In this document: piece by piece, positions 46,835 through 60,108 of the stretch | Numbering within the stretch: position 1 is the first letter of the stretch | Layout: each line of letters opens with the position of its first letter | Origin: Salisapilia sapeloensis CBS 127946 | Lineage: Eukaryota > Protista > Oomycota | Reading direction: 5' to 3' | Length of the DNA: 64,000 nucleotides | Assembly: GCA_023334545.1 (NCBI GenBank) | Contig: JAADVB010000010.1 | Location: forward strand, 89,948 to 153,947 | The notes under the pieces: model-generated | Database searches by the model: none | What the model was told of the DNA's origin: nothing | What the model saw: the letters and a program-made list of their open reading frames with translations, nothing else | Program-made: the position numbers and the translations under genes

Positions 46835-47787
46835 ATGGGCAAAACTTCCAAGGATAAGCGAGTAGCGAATGGTCTTGAACGGACAAGGTGTCGTGGCTGA
46901 TGGTTTGCATAGGACATTTACTATCGACGAGCAAAGGAGCAAGGCTTCCGAGCGAGATCGGCCTTTAAATTGGTTCAAATTGACACGCATTTCCAACTAT
47001 TAGACGGTACCCAGTGGTTCAGTAGACATTTCATGTCGGTGATATTAATGTCCTGCTAGGTGTTACGCGAGTGGTCGACTTGTGCGCTGCACCTGGTGGA
47101 TGGAGCCAGGTGATTGCGCAGAAGTTGCGTCCGACGGGCGATGGCGTCCACGACCCTCGGATTATTGCCGTCGACTTGATGGAAATGGCTCCACTGCCAA
47201 GCGTTCACATGCTCCAGATGGACATCACCCACTCGGTCACTTGTGACACGATCCTCGACTTGCTGAGTGGTCACAAGGCTCAACTAGTAGTCAGCGATGG
47301 CGCACCAGACGTCCTTGGGTTGCACGATCTAGATGAATATTTGCAGGCACAACTGGTGTACGCAGCATTAGACCTAGCAATCCAGATCTTGGAACCGAAC
47401 GGAGCTTTTGTCGCCAAGATCTTCCGAGGTCAATTCGTAAACGACTTGTACCGCTCTCTCTGTAAATACTTTTCATCAGTCAAATGCGTCAAGCCACAGG
47501 CGAGTCGCAATTCGAGTATGGAGTCATTTGTGGTATGTCAAGGCTTCCGAGAGGTTCCACTTGCTGATGACAATCGGAACCATGTTGAAGCGGAGGAAGT
47601 AGAAGACAGTCGAGGTGTTTGTGACGAAGTCATCTTCATCGGCGCCAAAGACCAAGCTGGATGGGACGCCGACCAGTCGTACCCTCTCAACTCGGAACTC
47701 GGCGAGTACGCTCATCAAGAACCTCTCCAAAAGCCGATCAACCCTCCATACGCCAGTGCCCTCCAAAAAACAAAGCTCGATGCATAA
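46835..47787 (+). CDS. TRM7: tRNA (Cm32/Gm34) 2'-O-methyltransferase Trm7/FTSJ1 (introns 46862-46912, 47007-47059)
   Basis: Spliced: MGKTSKDKR|[20 protein letters not shown]...|[54 protein letters not shown]. Confidence 0.93.
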
Positions 47788-47915
47788 TTTTCTTTTCTTT
47801 TTCTTAGTCGTACCCTCGACGTACCCTTCCATCATCCTAGTGCCAGTCCCAAAGTAGAGACTCGTTAGCTCATCCTGGAAGCTCTTCCTTTTCTAATTAC
47901 AAGCTGCGAGCTCCC

Positions 47916-49577
47916 ATGACGACGCATCATGGATCTCCTGTAACCACGAGCTACCAGGAAGCTGTCACTCCGATGGCAGACGCAACGGAGCCAACACAGC
48001 CGATAGACCGTTCCTACACAGCTGAAATCGGACCAGTCCCGACGTGGCCTCCGCCTACGCTCGGCTCCGACTGCCATCGCTTCTCATCGCACAGTGAGAA
48101 GAGTTCTCTATGCTGTAATTTTGCTGCGTTTAAAAAGAAATGCAAGTACTGGTGGTCGCTCAACGCTGTGCAGCGTGTACTGTCGTCCCTCGTACTCGCT
48201 CCTGCCGTCACAGGCTTCTTGTGGGGCTCCCCTGCTTTCTTCACAGCTACAATCTGTTCATTCCTCACCAGCACATGTGCATATGAGTACGCTTGGCTCG
48301 AGCACCGCATCCATACACGCATCACGACGCAGTTAGAGCGGACATATCGCACAATGAGCTCAATGAATAATGACTCGAGGGGCCAATTCGGAAGCTCTAC
48401 TACTAGAAACAGTTCTCCGCCTTGTGAAAGTGATGAAGTGTGCTTTGATAATGTCACGAGAGAGATAGAGGCCTTTGATAATACAGAGGAGAGCGAGCCG
48501 GTGGACCAAGCAGAAGTAGATGAACGATCAGAAGCAGAGTGCAAGGACCCTTTGCTTTACATGGAAATCCCAGACGCATCTATCGATCGATGTGCCATTT
48601 CTGACATCGCCAATCGGTACTTTGGCGGCCATCAGCGCCTAGCTGCCGCGAGTTTGTCCCTCTTCTCCGCTGCGTTCATGTCCAGCATCTTCCTCGCCAT
48701 CACACCTCACGTCACTCAGCTCCGACCGACGGACCTGTACCACCTGCGCTACTTTTACGCTCCTGCAACTGACTTTATATCGTCCTTCTGCGCTTTCCAG
48801 ACACCCAACTGGAGCTATGCTCTGTCCTGTTTGGCCCAGAAAGCAGTCTTTACGATATTGACCATGCATTCGACGATCTGTCCCATCAACCAGTTCACAT
48901 GTGGCCTTGCGATGGAGCCAGCGCAGATCTTTATTTCTGGCTCCGTCGTGCTCCTCTTCCTCCGCCTGTATCCGCTGTACTCTGTCCAACAGACCGACGG
49001 CAGCGGTCTCACACGCGTTTCTCTCTTGATTCTAGCGCTGTTGGATCTACTAGGCTACCTCTACGTCGTCGGTCCACTCTCTGTAATCGTGTCGTTTGTC
49101 GATGATGAAAGACTGGAGGAGTATCGAAAGCTGCTCATCGTCCTTCTGTACGTTGTCTGGGCATCCGACTCAGGTGCCTACTTGACCGGCAAGTTCTTTG
49201 AACGAGTGCAATACAAAAACTACCATCCACTCGCTCCTCATTTAAGTAAGAACAAGGACTATGAAGGAACGTTGGGTGCCATTGGTTTCGGTGTCATGGC
49301 CATGTTCATCGCGTCGGACATTTTGAGTGTCGAAGGAGATGGAGTTGTTAAAAGTGTCTTTACTATTCTCGCAGTCATCGCTGGTCGGATTGGTGATTTG
49401 TTTGAAAGTCTGTTGAAGAGAGCGGCTGGTGTCAAGGACTCTGGACGGCTGATCCCTGGACATGGCGGCATGCTCGACCGTATTGATGCGCTCATGTTCG
49501 CCAGCATCGTGTTTGCAAGATACTATGCGACTATTGTGGTAGGCCATGGAGGCAAGAGGCCAGAGGAGCATGTATAA
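47916..49577 (+). CDS. Phosphatidate cytidylyltransferase (CDP-DAG synthase)
   Basis: Multi-TM. WASDSGAY, SKNKDYEG (variant of SPxKxxEG), GDLFESLLKR, KDSGRLIPGHGGMLDRID. Confidence 0.9.
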   Translation: MTTHHGSPVTTSYQEAVTPMADATEPTQPIDRSYTAEIGPVPTWPPPTLGSDCHRFSSHSEKSSLCCNFAAFKKKCKYWWSLNAVQRVLSSLVLAPAVTGFLWGSPAFFTATICSFLTSTCAYEYAWLEHRIHTRITTQLERTYRTMSSMNNDSRGQFGSSTTRNSSPPCESDEVCFDNVTREIEAFDNTEESEPVDQAEVDERSEAECKDPLLYMEIPDASIDRCAISDIANRYFGGHQRLAAASLSLFSAAFMSSIFLAITPHVTQLRPTDLYHLRYFYAPATDFISSFCAFQTPNWSYALSCLAQKAVFTILTMHSTICPINQFTCGLAMEPAQIFISGSVVLLFLRLYPLYSVQQTDGSGLTRVSLLILALLDLLGYLYVVGPLSVIVSFVDDERLEEYRKLLIVLLYVVWASDSGAYLTGKFFERVQYKNYHPLAPHLSKNKDYEGTLGAIGFGVMAMFIASDILSVEGDGVVKSVFTILAVIAGRIGDLFESLLKRAAGVKDSGRLIPGHGGMLDRIDALMFASIVFARYYATIVVGHGGKRPEEHV

Positions 49578-49607
49578 ATTGAAGTAGCTTTTATATACGA
49601 AAAATCA

Positions 49608-50387
<780 letters not shown>

Positions 50388-50567
50388 GTTTTTAATGGTT
50401 CTTGTCATCACTTGTGTCCAAAGATCTTGTATTTTATCTAGTATACCTACAATCGTACATATAAACAAGGTTTTTGTATTTGATCCTGTATTATGACCAG
50501 CCTAATGCAAAATTGATTCCAAACAGACTTTCGACCTCCATCCGGACTTGAACCTACCTTCCTATCC

Positions 50568-52772
50568 TTACAAACGATTCGATCCGCTGAACGACATATC
50601 CATCTGACTCGAATGGAAACTCATGTCGGCTGAACTCGGTCGACTTAATGGTACTCCCGGATTGATATGCTTCATCTTGAAGTAGAGCGATACTTGCGTC
50701 GGAATCTCCGCCAGCGTCTCCTTTGCCAATCGAGCAGGGTCATTCCTGTACCTGTTAAACGGAACGAACTGGACGATATCTCTGGCTGCAGGTTGTCCAT
50801 CCGTCTTTCGCAACACTTTATCATCTGCATCCAGGACGTTCATGGCGCTAAAGTCTGCATCACCAACACCCACGATGACGATTGAGAGTGGCAGGATAGA
50901 TGCATCCACTAGCGCATTAATCGTCGGCTGTACATCCATAATTGCTCCATCCGTCAGTAACAACAGAACAAAATACTTTAACGTCTCGCTCTTTGATCCA
51001 AACTTGTGTGCGATCGCTGCTGCTTGACGCACGATCGGAGCAAAGTACGTCGGGCCATGGAGTCGGACGAACTGGAACGACTGAGCATATGCTTGCATGA
51101 TACCACGCAATCCCTCTACCTCCGGTTGAGACGGATCAAATGTCAGTGGAAAGCAGTGGTTCGTCTCTCCGTTCACAAGTCCACCAAAGCCATAGACAGG
51201 AAACCTCCGGTCGCTGTCATAAGGTTCTAGGATCCGACCAGTGGCAGCGATGGCAGACTGATATGCATTCATACTGCCCATGACAGATGCAGTAGCGTTG
51301 TTATACCGTTGGTCGAGGAAGGGATTGCTAATGTAGTGGAGACTAGCCGGATCGGATGGAGAGCCGTTGGACGCAGTGTAGTCGATGCCAACGATAAGAC
51401 TGAGCTCCATGCCTCCTCGAAGGTACTCTGCCAAGGTATGCTGCTTAAAGAATTCACATCTAGACACACGCAAGACGCCTGAGTTGACATACTTTTTCCC
51501 CTTCTTCCGCTGTCGCTCCTTGTTGATCAAGTCCATGTGCCGTTTCTCGCCATGCACAAGCTCTTTGCATGTAAGGACAGTACTTCCGATGAACTGATGC
51601 TTCCCATTCTTTTCCCAGTCCATGCACTCGATACGCAAGAGGCGATTGACGTCTCCATTGCACAGCATCTGGACGCTCAAGTCTCGTTCTTTCCACGTCG
51701 GATTTAAATTGTTCATCACTACTTCACTCCGCCACACGTGCAGCCACGATGACATGTCCGTCGGATCTCGATCGGGTTCTCTCAGACGGTAAATGTTAAT
51801 AAAAGGATCTGACTTGCCAAAGATCCCGTCCTTGTTATCCAACTTTTGACCTGTGAACTGGATTTTAACATAGTCAGAGCACGTGGACACCTCTTCTCCC
51901 GATATGATAATATGTCCTTTAATGCCTGACACCTTTCGCTGGTTTTCTCGTTGTAAAAGAGCTAGAGAGATTGACTGTCCTTTGGCAGACATGAGCTGAC
52001 CCATCGTCAGTTCGACACAACCTAAGAAGTCGTGGTCCTTTAGCCTTTCGGACGAACTATCTCGATCAAATACTTCTAGTCGTAACAACTGCACTTCTTC
52101 AAAGCGAAATTCTACTTGGAAGGCACTTGTGAAGGATGGATTACACGTATTGCTCACTGTCTCGGTTCTGCCTATCTCTCGCCACGACCGAAAGGAATTG
52201 TCCTGCATGTACACGACAACGAACGGATCCGAGTCGGACAGCAAGTCTGCTTTCTTCAGTCCCTTGCATCGAAACCGTAGCTCTACTATACTCGACAACG
52301 ACCGACCTTGTTCAAAGTCGAGACTCGTTCGACTACTTGCGTCATGCGCAAGTACGTTACGAGCAGATCCTTGGGCATTTTCAATCGGTTCGAAGCCACC
52401 TGCTAGATAAGGCAGGTCCTCCGACATGGATGAACGCATTGATGCAGTCGTGGTGCTCTCGCGCTGTGCATACTGTGGTGGCTGAGGTGGATAAACCGAT
52501 ACAGCGGGAGGTGGGGGACAAGGGGGGTCTAGTGTAGATAATGGCGGGTACAATGACGTTTGTGCAGGGTTTCCCATGCCTCGATAATTATAGTCTGGAG
52601 GCTGCTGAAAACTGTCATACGGGTTATACCCATCTGCACGAGGCATGCTGCTTCTCCTGGACGCCGTACTTTCGTAATGGTAGGGCTGCTGAGCGTAACT
52701 GTACCCTTGGACATTGGTAATCGAAGAGGACCTGTCTCGAGACCCTTGGTAGTTGTTCTGGTGCATGTTCAC
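50568..52772 (-). CDS. Copine (two C2 domains + vWA) with Pro/Gln/Tyr-rich N-terminal extension
   Basis: SDSDPFVVV, GKSDPF, IVGIDYTASNG, YDSDRRFPVYGFGG, GPTYFAP, LLLTDGAIMD, LPLSIVIVGVG, RDIVQFVPF. Confidence 0.95.
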   Translation of the reverse strand: MNMHQNNYQGSRDRSSSITNVQGYSYAQQPYHYESTASRRSSMPRADGYNPYDSFQQPPDYNYRGMGNPAQTSLYPPLSTLDPPCPPPPAVSVYPPQPPQYAQRESTTTASMRSSMSEDLPYLAGGFEPIENAQGSARNVLAHDASSRTSLDFEQGRSLSSIVELRFRCKGLKKADLLSDSDPFVVVYMQDNSFRSWREIGRTETVSNTCNPSFTSAFQVEFRFEEVQLLRLEVFDRDSSSERLKDHDFLGCVELTMGQLMSAKGQSISLALLQRENQRKVSGIKGHIIISGEEVSTCSDYVKIQFTGQKLDNKDGIFGKSDPFINIYRLREPDRDPTDMSSWLHVWRSEVVMNNLNPTWKERDLSVQMLCNGDVNRLLRIECMDWEKNGKHQFIGSTVLTCKELVHGEKRHMDLINKERQRKKGKKYVNSGVLRVSRCEFFKQHTLAEYLRGGMELSLIVGIDYTASNGSPSDPASLHYISNPFLDQRYNNATASVMGSMNAYQSAIAATGRILEPYDSDRRFPVYGFGGLVNGETNHCFPLTFDPSQPEVEGLRGIMQAYAQSFQFVRLHGPTYFAPIVRQAAAIAHKFGSKSETLKYFVLLLLTDGAIMDVQPTINALVDASILPLSIVIVGVGDADFSAMNVLDADDKVLRKTDGQPAARDIVQFVPFNRYRNDPARLAKETLAEIPTQVSLYFKMKHINPGVPLSRPSSADMSFHSSQMDMSFSGSNRL

Positions 52773-52889
52773 GTAGAAAGAAGAGCAAATGTCTTTCGTC
52801 TTTCTTTATGTCTTATTCGAGGTGTAGGTATAGAAAACGGATATTTTTAGAAATAATCCGAATGTACCTCCTCTTCCATGACGTCTAGC

Positions 52890-55742
52890 CTAGATCTGTA
52901 TGGCATCTTCCGCAGGCTCCACGTCAATGTGCGTCCCGCTATAAATCTTCACGATGTTCCGGCGTAAACGATTCGCAAATGCTGCGATAGAAAGTGAACC
53001 CAGTAAAGACGTGAGTGGTGAGACACTCGTCCATAGAACCATCTCTTCCATCCCTTCAATAAGTTTCTGGACGAAGACCTGAAAGTCATTCAGAGCTACA
53101 CGGAAATATCCTACGAGATCAGTTAATTAGATGAGTGGATATTCGAGAAGTTGAATAAATGCATGGATTGTACCGCAATTTCCATTATAACTACAATCTT
53201 GGATTCTAGATTCCCGGATTGCATTCGTCAACACTTCCACTGGACCTTTTAATTGATACTCTGCTTCTTCCATAGCAAAAGTTAGCGTCTTTATCTCCTC
53301 TACATTTGGCATATAAAGTTAGAATACGTCATGCAAGATTACCAGACGTGAATACTCTACCGAGTGGTGGGTGTATTTTTGCCAGGTTCTTCGCCAAAGC
53401 AGCGGTATATTCTTCAAGCTGCAGCTTCTTTTCTGCTAAATGGGCGACGTAGTACCAATGACTGTAGATTAAATGATTTTGGTGTTCGCCAGAGTCGTCC
53501 ACGCCTCGCCAACTTTCGTTAAAAGTAGTATAGAAATAGTCTTCATCATTCAGAGATAGTATAGTACCGTCCTGGTTTGGATCGAGGAGGTAGTCAATTG
53601 TAGAATTTAAAATAAGCTGATGGATCGATTCGTTGTACGGAGAAATCACGCTCTCATTTCCAAATGCTGATTGAATCATCAGAGCTCTCTCGTCTTCAAA
53701 GTACTCTTCCTCCCACTTAAACAGCGACACGATCGCAGTCGATTCGTCAAGTAAAGCTTCCAAGTCTAATAGCTCGGGAAAACTGTAAAGCGATGGAATG
53801 TCAAGACGAATAGCGTCATCAGTAAAAGCTGTAGGATGTGGAGGTACACGCAGAGTGTCTGCGAATATCATCGATGCTGTCGTCTTCGTCATGTCATATA
53901 GACTTCGATCAAAGAGAACGTGCATGAGATCCTCTGTAGCAGTCTCCGATGATATGTAAACGGACGCATTCTCCTCCATAAGTTCGATGGCCAGCTTGAC
54001 ATCACGAGCCATGAATAGTCCTGAATACAGCGCCCCAAATAGCAAGATGTTTGCAGCGAAGGCAAGGAAGGCAAGCACGGAAACAACTCTAGGAAACACT
54101 TTTCGTTCTGTCTTCATCCCATGCACGCAGGCAAAAGTACAAAGGAATGGGATTACTCCGTTGTAAATCAAAAGAGACACAAATCCGTATGAGTAGATCA
54201 TTTGAGCTTCACGCACCAACGTACTATATGAAGCCGTCGTACGATTCAGACTTGTTTCGCCAGCGTCAAATGAGCTTTGGAGACGGGCAACGAGGTGTGT
54301 GAGCGTCGAAGTTACTACCAATTTCCTTGCGCTAAAGTCTTTCAAAAGTTCTTTTCCATTGCGCAAATCCATTTGAGCATGGACTGGCGATCGAAACCAA
54401 TAGTCTTTCGCTGTATGGATCATCTCACGTATCTGTAAGCAGGTCTGGCATTTAAAGCAGCCTGTAGTAGCCCCAGTTGACATGCGAGACAGTATACTCG
54501 CTGTAGTGCCAAGGTTTCCACATTCTTCATCGGAATAATTCGATGTCGGATATAATCTTGAGTACTGTAGCAGTTCGTCCAACACATCAAACAGAGGTTC
54601 TGCTACTCCAGCTTTATCACTTGTCTGATTGTCTAGAAAAGTGTGAGGAAGTAAATTTTGATAGCTCTGTTCCTGAAGCTCTTTAATAGACAACCCGTCC
54701 TCATTTAAACCTTGAAAGAGTATCTCCTCGAGGGGCGATAGTAATCTAGTTTTAAAAGTGTTCTGGTCTTCAGATAGTTGTACTAGTCGGTTGTTGATGG
54801 ACTCGGTGAGCGCTACCAATTTAGGATACTGGTTGATGTAGACTATCAACAGTGTCGGAATCGCTGCTAACAAGCAGACCGTTGCAGATGCTCCCCATAG
54901 TATTTTGGTTAGCCGTGAATATACTCGATAGGCACCTTTACCGCCTCTGCACATTCGTTGCAAGCATTGGAGACAGCATTTTAATAAGCTTACGATAAAT
55001 AGTAATGATAAAACAATGCCTGTTATCGCTACTGATAACGCGCACGGTGACCAAGCATATTGTCGGTAAGTACCTGTCTGAGTGACATCAAGTATTGTCC
55101 CAATTTCACTAGACGTGTCCATTCGGGTTGCATTGATCGCATCCACGACATTTAAATGCAATATTTCTGGTCGTACATCGGGCAACATAGTGTTGAGTTC
55201 GTCCAGCCTTACAATCTCTGGTCTGAGATAGGTATTGTTCTCTTTCGCAACGACATAAACTATGATCAAGTCATTGTCAATACTGATGCTCAATCGTTTG
55301 AATAAAGATACTACGTACTGCTTCGCTCACAGTGGTCACCCGTCCAGCCCCATTTTTTCACGCAATGGCAAGCTCCAGACGCATCATCGATATCTGCTTT
55401 GCACATGCCTCTTTGTTCGCAGCAAAGGTGATCAAAGTCATGATCAATAGGATATGTTCGACCTACTAAGCGTCCACTTCGAACGCGACGGTCACCAGGT
55501 TGTTCATTTAACTCAGGTTCGTACGGAAATGTGAGTAGACATACTGGAGCTGGATTGGTCTTGAGCTTGGTATTCCAAATAAAAGTCTTGGAACCAGTAG
55601 AAAGTTTGCCATTCGTGCCGTCACGCCTTTGGTATGAGGAACATCCTCCACAACAGGCAAAGTTGGGATCGTAGCTTCTGACTGCTAGAATTTGGTAGAA
55701 GGACAGTATGAGCGTGAAGAGCAAACAGTGCTTAGGCATCAC
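52890..55742 (-). CDS. Prominin/tweety-like 5-TM glycoprotein with N-terminal EGF-like module (about 4 exons)
   Basis: Signal peptide, EGF-like C...CHCVKKWGWTGDHCE, TM1 followed by Cys-rich KCCLQCLQRMC, TM2, large loop, TM3/TM4 hairpin, large loop ending CSYNGNC|GYFRVAL, TM5 (MVLWTSVSPLTSLLGSLSIAAF), stop at 52890. Exons splice in phase. Confidence 0.65.
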
Positions 55743-55841
55743 GTCGATCGTTTCAAATTATAAAAGCTACAGAACCTCTTCATGATGAAACGGTGTGAAT
55801 TCATAAAGTATCTACTTGATCTCAGTTGGTCGACCTACAAC

Positions 55842-56876
55842 TCAATATCGGAAATCATCCTCACCAGGCATCTTTCCCACAGAAAGCTTTCGATACTTAA
55901 TAATCAGCTCTTGTGTCGATTCTTCCGGTGGACCAAACCTTTGCGTCCGAGAAATTCGAGGCGGAAAGAACATGGAGTTATTGTACTCTTTTTCTTTGTC
56001 CTTGAGCTCTTGTGGCAATTCCTTCGCTGCAATGCTTGCCAAGTATTTAGTGGAAGAGCAATTTGATCGGCTCATTTGTGACACATCACTTTCATTGTTG
56101 CTACCTCTTAGTAGTCCGTTACCACTGGATGGTTGAAGCAGCTTTCGCAGCTCCATCACACTCATCCCTGTTCGACACGGTGTAGAGCTTCTTCTTTGAA
56201 CCTTTGCAGTCTCCTGTCCTTTGATGTCTTGCGTCGACGGGTTAAATAGTCTTGAAGCTGACTGTGGTCGGTGACCAAACGATATTGACTGAGTTTTACT
56301 CCTTTGCTTGCGAAGTGGGTGTTTGAAATCCTCCTTTGAGACTGCTGTAGTCTGTCGCAAGCCCGCCGTATCCACACTGATAACTTTCGGTCTGTTAAAC
56401 TGCAATGGCTCGTAGTACGGTGCTGGTGCACTTGACGTGAACTCGGCTCGAAGTCGAGGCGAGTAGCCACAACTGGCCTTCAGATCCGAGCTTTGGTTTA
56501 TAAAGCTCGAGTGATTACGTGGATTCTCGTGGTGCCTTATGGCTGCATCCGGGAGAGTATATGTATAATAGCATGGATTCTAATGCACAGAGATATCTAG
56601 TACATATGCGTCATAGCTACAGTCTCGAAAGTCTAGTACCTTGTTGTAGTTATAGAGCTCATATTCATCTGCCAGGCGACGTTCACTGCAGAAAGGGTTC
56701 TCCTGTGTGTCCACACTCAGCGCTCGAATCCGCTTGTGTGTTTGAGTGGATGCAACAGGATGTCCCTTTCGCTGTCGGTGAAAGGTTCGAAGCTCCATCA
56801 TCATCTGCTTCTCCCGAGACACATCCTCATTATCATCGTTCATGTTACCCGCCTCTTGTCGAGTTCTGGAAACCAA
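55842..56876 (-). CDS. Hypothetical basic low-complexity protein (2 exons, about 60-nt intron near 56580-56640)
   Basis: ORFs 56580..56876 and 55842..56405 join in phase through a GT-AG intron (YNYNK|NPCYY). No family motif recognised. Confidence 0.5.
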
Positions 56877-57035
56877 ATCAGACTTAAAATAGCATCATAT
56901 CGCTGTCATCTTATCAGTCGTGCAATATATCTTGTTCCGTCTTGACGACTGCTGTATCCAACCCACTTCAACAAACGTACGGGACTACCTTTCAACGAGT
57001 TACCATAGCATTCATTTGCCTTATAAAGCGTAAAC

Positions 57036-58607
57036 CTACGTCTTCGGTGTAGTCACATCCACAGCAATGTCACTATAACTACCAGACATGCTTCGATGCA
57101 TCATGTTGTGCAGTCTCCGCTCCGGATCATTCGGTGACAAGTCTCCTTGACTGCTTCCAAATTGCGATCCACCACGCTGACTCCAGATCTCGTTGACCCA
57201 TCGGAGAAGTCTCTGTCCCACGCCAGTCTCCTTTTCATCATCGACGGCACTGTTAATGCGTCCTCTCCTCGTCTGACGAGACCGAAGACCGTCCTCTGTT
57301 AATGCAACGTCGCCAAAGAGGACCCATTGCTCGAGTGCAGCTGGTCCTGTGATCCACCCTTCATTCGTTCTCTGGAGCGGCACAGGTACAGCACCTCCTC
57401 TCGTTGCCAACAAGTGGTCAATGTGCTGCTTACTTACCATGTAGATGGATACACTGACGCATCCAAGTGCAAAGAAGACGAGTGCGTACGGAAAGGAGAG
57501 CGAAGAAGTGGAGGACGTTGCCATCAAGATGAATACTTGGCCAGTTCCACCCGTCACAAGTGCCAGGAGGTACAAGACACTGGCGACGAGCTGTGGATTA
57601 GATAGTCGATAGACACCAGCAAACTCACGCTGGAGAATGAGTGCCAGACAAAGTGCCATGATGACTTCCAACGCCATCAGAGGAGAGCAAACGGTTGTCC
57701 ATGCAAGTGGGTACGAGTGGTCAAGTCGGTAAGCTTCAATCTGATACGACACAAGAGTTGAAAAGACAAAGACGAGTAGCCAGCATAGGCCAGGGAGGAA
57801 CGAGTCGGATCGACAGAGAAGATAGCGGACGAGGAAGGCTGCTTGAATGATAATAAGAGGAACGAAACCGACGTAGAGGCTGCCCATGCCCTCTATGCCT
57901 TCACTCAATCGAACACAGAACGCGATCTCACTCCATAAGAGGAGCAACGCAAGCGGCACTGTCACTGCGTAGATGACCAATATTCGCTTCAGGAGCGGCA
58001 AGAGAGGTTCTTGGGATACTAGATTCGCATCCGCAGAGCTTAGGCCGTTTGAAGAAGTCGGGTTCACATTGTTCGAGTATTCGATTTCAGCCCACATGCG
58101 TAGCTGCTTGACGTGTTTGATTGACGTGACATGCGCCAAGGACAGGATTCCATTGCCAATCCAGAACGGAAGGAATACAACCCACCAGGCTAAGTACTGG
58201 ATATGTGCTGAGTCTGAGGTATAATTCTGTGGAAGTAGAAGACCTTCAAAGTTGAGTGAAGTGAGAAAGAGACCAAGAAGGCAGCAAAAGATGTAGACGA
58301 GAACGCCGTAGAGTAACGACGCGAGGGCTTTTTCAGCGTACATGATGGGTCGGAACGGACCCATACCGGAGTACGCATCCGAGTACATTCCACTCTGAGC
58401 CGCCCGAGCGTTTGTCGTCTGTACATGTCGTGGGATGGCCATATACGTCCCATCGGATGAGCTCTGGCCGTCATTCAAGGCACGCAAAAGCGGCGACTCT
58501 TCGCTCATGCTGCTCCGACTGCTCCTACTACTACTCGAAGGACTTGGTGCACCTCTATGCTCGCCATTCCCGTTCATACGTGGTGCCGAAGTGCCATCTC
58601 CTGCCAT
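57036..58607 (-). CDS. TMEM185/Fragile-X-F-like multi-pass membrane protein
   Basis: WWVVFLPFW and WTTVCSPL repeats typical of the Transmemb_Fragile-X-F family, with about 8-9 TM segments. Confidence 0.7.
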   Translation of the reverse strand: MAGDGTSAPRMNGNGEHRGAPSPSSSSRSSRSSMSEESPLLRALNDGQSSSDGTYMAIPRHVQTTNARAAQSGMYSDAYSGMGPFRPIMYAEKALASLLYGVLVYIFCCLLGLFLTSLNFEGLLLPQNYTSDSAHIQYLAWWVVFLPFWIGNGILSLAHVTSIKHVKQLRMWAEIEYSNNVNPTSSNGLSSADANLVSQEPLLPLLKRILVIYAVTVPLALLLLWSEIAFCVRLSEGIEGMGSLYVGFVPLIIIQAAFLVRYLLCRSDSFLPGLCWLLVFVFSTLVSYQIEAYRLDHSYPLAWTTVCSPLMALEVIMALCLALILQREFAGVYRLSNPQLVASVLYLLALVTGGTGQVFILMATSSTSSLSFPYALVFFALGCVSVSIYMVSKQHIDHLLATRGGAVPVPLQRTNEGWITGPAALEQWVLFGDVALTEDGLRSRQTRRGRINSAVDDEKETGVGQRLLRWVNEIWSQRGGSQFGSSQGDLSPNDPERRLHNMMHRSMSGSYSDIAVDVTTPKT

Positions 58608-58717
58608 CCTTGATGTGCTGTCCGATCCTTTCGTCCAATTCCTGTCAGTTTATTCGACGTATACTTTAATCAAGTCGTAGCCATTTAAATCGGCGGCGGG
58701 AAATCGGACTTGGCAGG

Positions 58718-59727
58718 ATGGAAGAAGAGGATGGTCGAGGTCGGCGGTCGAGCACCATGACCGTCACGTTTGATGATGTGGAGGACGTGACAATGCATGA
58801 GGAGCCAGAGGTCGGCCCGGATGTAAAGATGATGGAGGACGAGGCCATGCAGACGTACCAGCGGACGGACCAGTGGCTGTATGCCATGAAGCGCAAGTCG
58901 TACACGTACAGTAACGAGCACGTGGAGCAGATTCTAGACGATGAGCATCGTACACAGGAAGCAGCTCGTCAGCGAGACTGGTTCCAAGAACAACATCAAC
59001 AGTTACAGTCAGGTCCTTCACTCTATTCCTCCATGTGAATGGCATTTGATTGACAGACACAAGTAGAAATCAATGGCCTCGAGTCCACAATTCGAGCAAA
59101 GGAGAGGGATTTGGAGATGATGGAGGTATATTGCATGTTATTGTCTAGGTCGCATATAGAAATTGAAGTGCTGACAATGCACTAGGCAGAGAAAGCACAG
59201 CGAGAACCTCGCCTGCACGACTTGAGGGAAGAAGCCGATGAGGAAGAGGCGAAATTGGAAGAGCTTCAGCAAGGTATTTTTCTCGTAGGTTCAGGCGTGA
59301 ACGACTTGCTCACTCGCATCAATCAGCGTCACAGGACTTTCGAAAAAAGCATCAGGAACAGCTATCGACGCTTCGGAAAGGCGTGGAGATGTACCATCGC
59401 ACAGGCCTGTTTTTTGAACGCACCGAAGGTATCTTTATCCCATCAGTCTCTCCCGTTGCTGTATTCAGTCTTTCGCTAGGCCAAAGTCTGCGCGTTGTGT
59501 TTACACAAATTGACGAAAATGAACCCGAGAGAGAGTTTAGTTTCCACCTGAGTGTCCACGATGCTTCCGACAAGTATCACGTGACCCAGTGCAACCCAGA
59601 GGTAGCTGTGGCGGAGAAATTGGCAGAAGATCTGAACGAAACGGGAGACTTTACCTACTTTATCAAGTCCATGCGCACAGTCTTTCAGTCGCAAGTCATG
59701 ATGCCGCCTCCGGAAGTGCCGTTTTGA
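58718..59727 (+). CDS. SPC25: Kinetochore protein Spc25 (about 5 exons)
   Basis: N-terminal coiled-coil exons and C-terminal RWD-like region YHRTGLFFER...LRVVFTQIDENEPEREFSFHLSV...YHVTQCNP...FIKSMRTVF. Confidence 0.85.
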
Positions 59728-60108
59728 TCCGTTTTAGCTTGAGTTTCAATCGTAAATACAAGTTGTTTCGTATGATGCATGCAGGATAGACTCCAATCGA
59801 AGGAATTGAACTGGTCTGTATCTCTTATCCATGTGAAAGGTCATTACGAACCACTTTTGATTGCGACCGAGGTGGAATCGATGGACATCCATCTCGCTCC
59901 TCATTTCCACACGAATTGGCACACAGCCACAGACTTCGGTGGGGTCGTAGGCGCCGTCTCAGACGTATACTGAAATGAAGAAAAATGATGATGGATACCT
60001 TTTTAAAAAAGACAAAAGTGGTAAAAAATGGACGTCGAGAAGGTGAAGGGTGTACGTTCACTATCGAATTTATCGGCTTTGACCAACCACCGGCTGCAGC
60101 AAGTGAGC

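Noticed and set aside
59779-60061. Short ORFs between SPC25 and the Sip5-like gene
   Set aside because: No recognisable motifs or consistent splice model; likely UTR or promoter sequence
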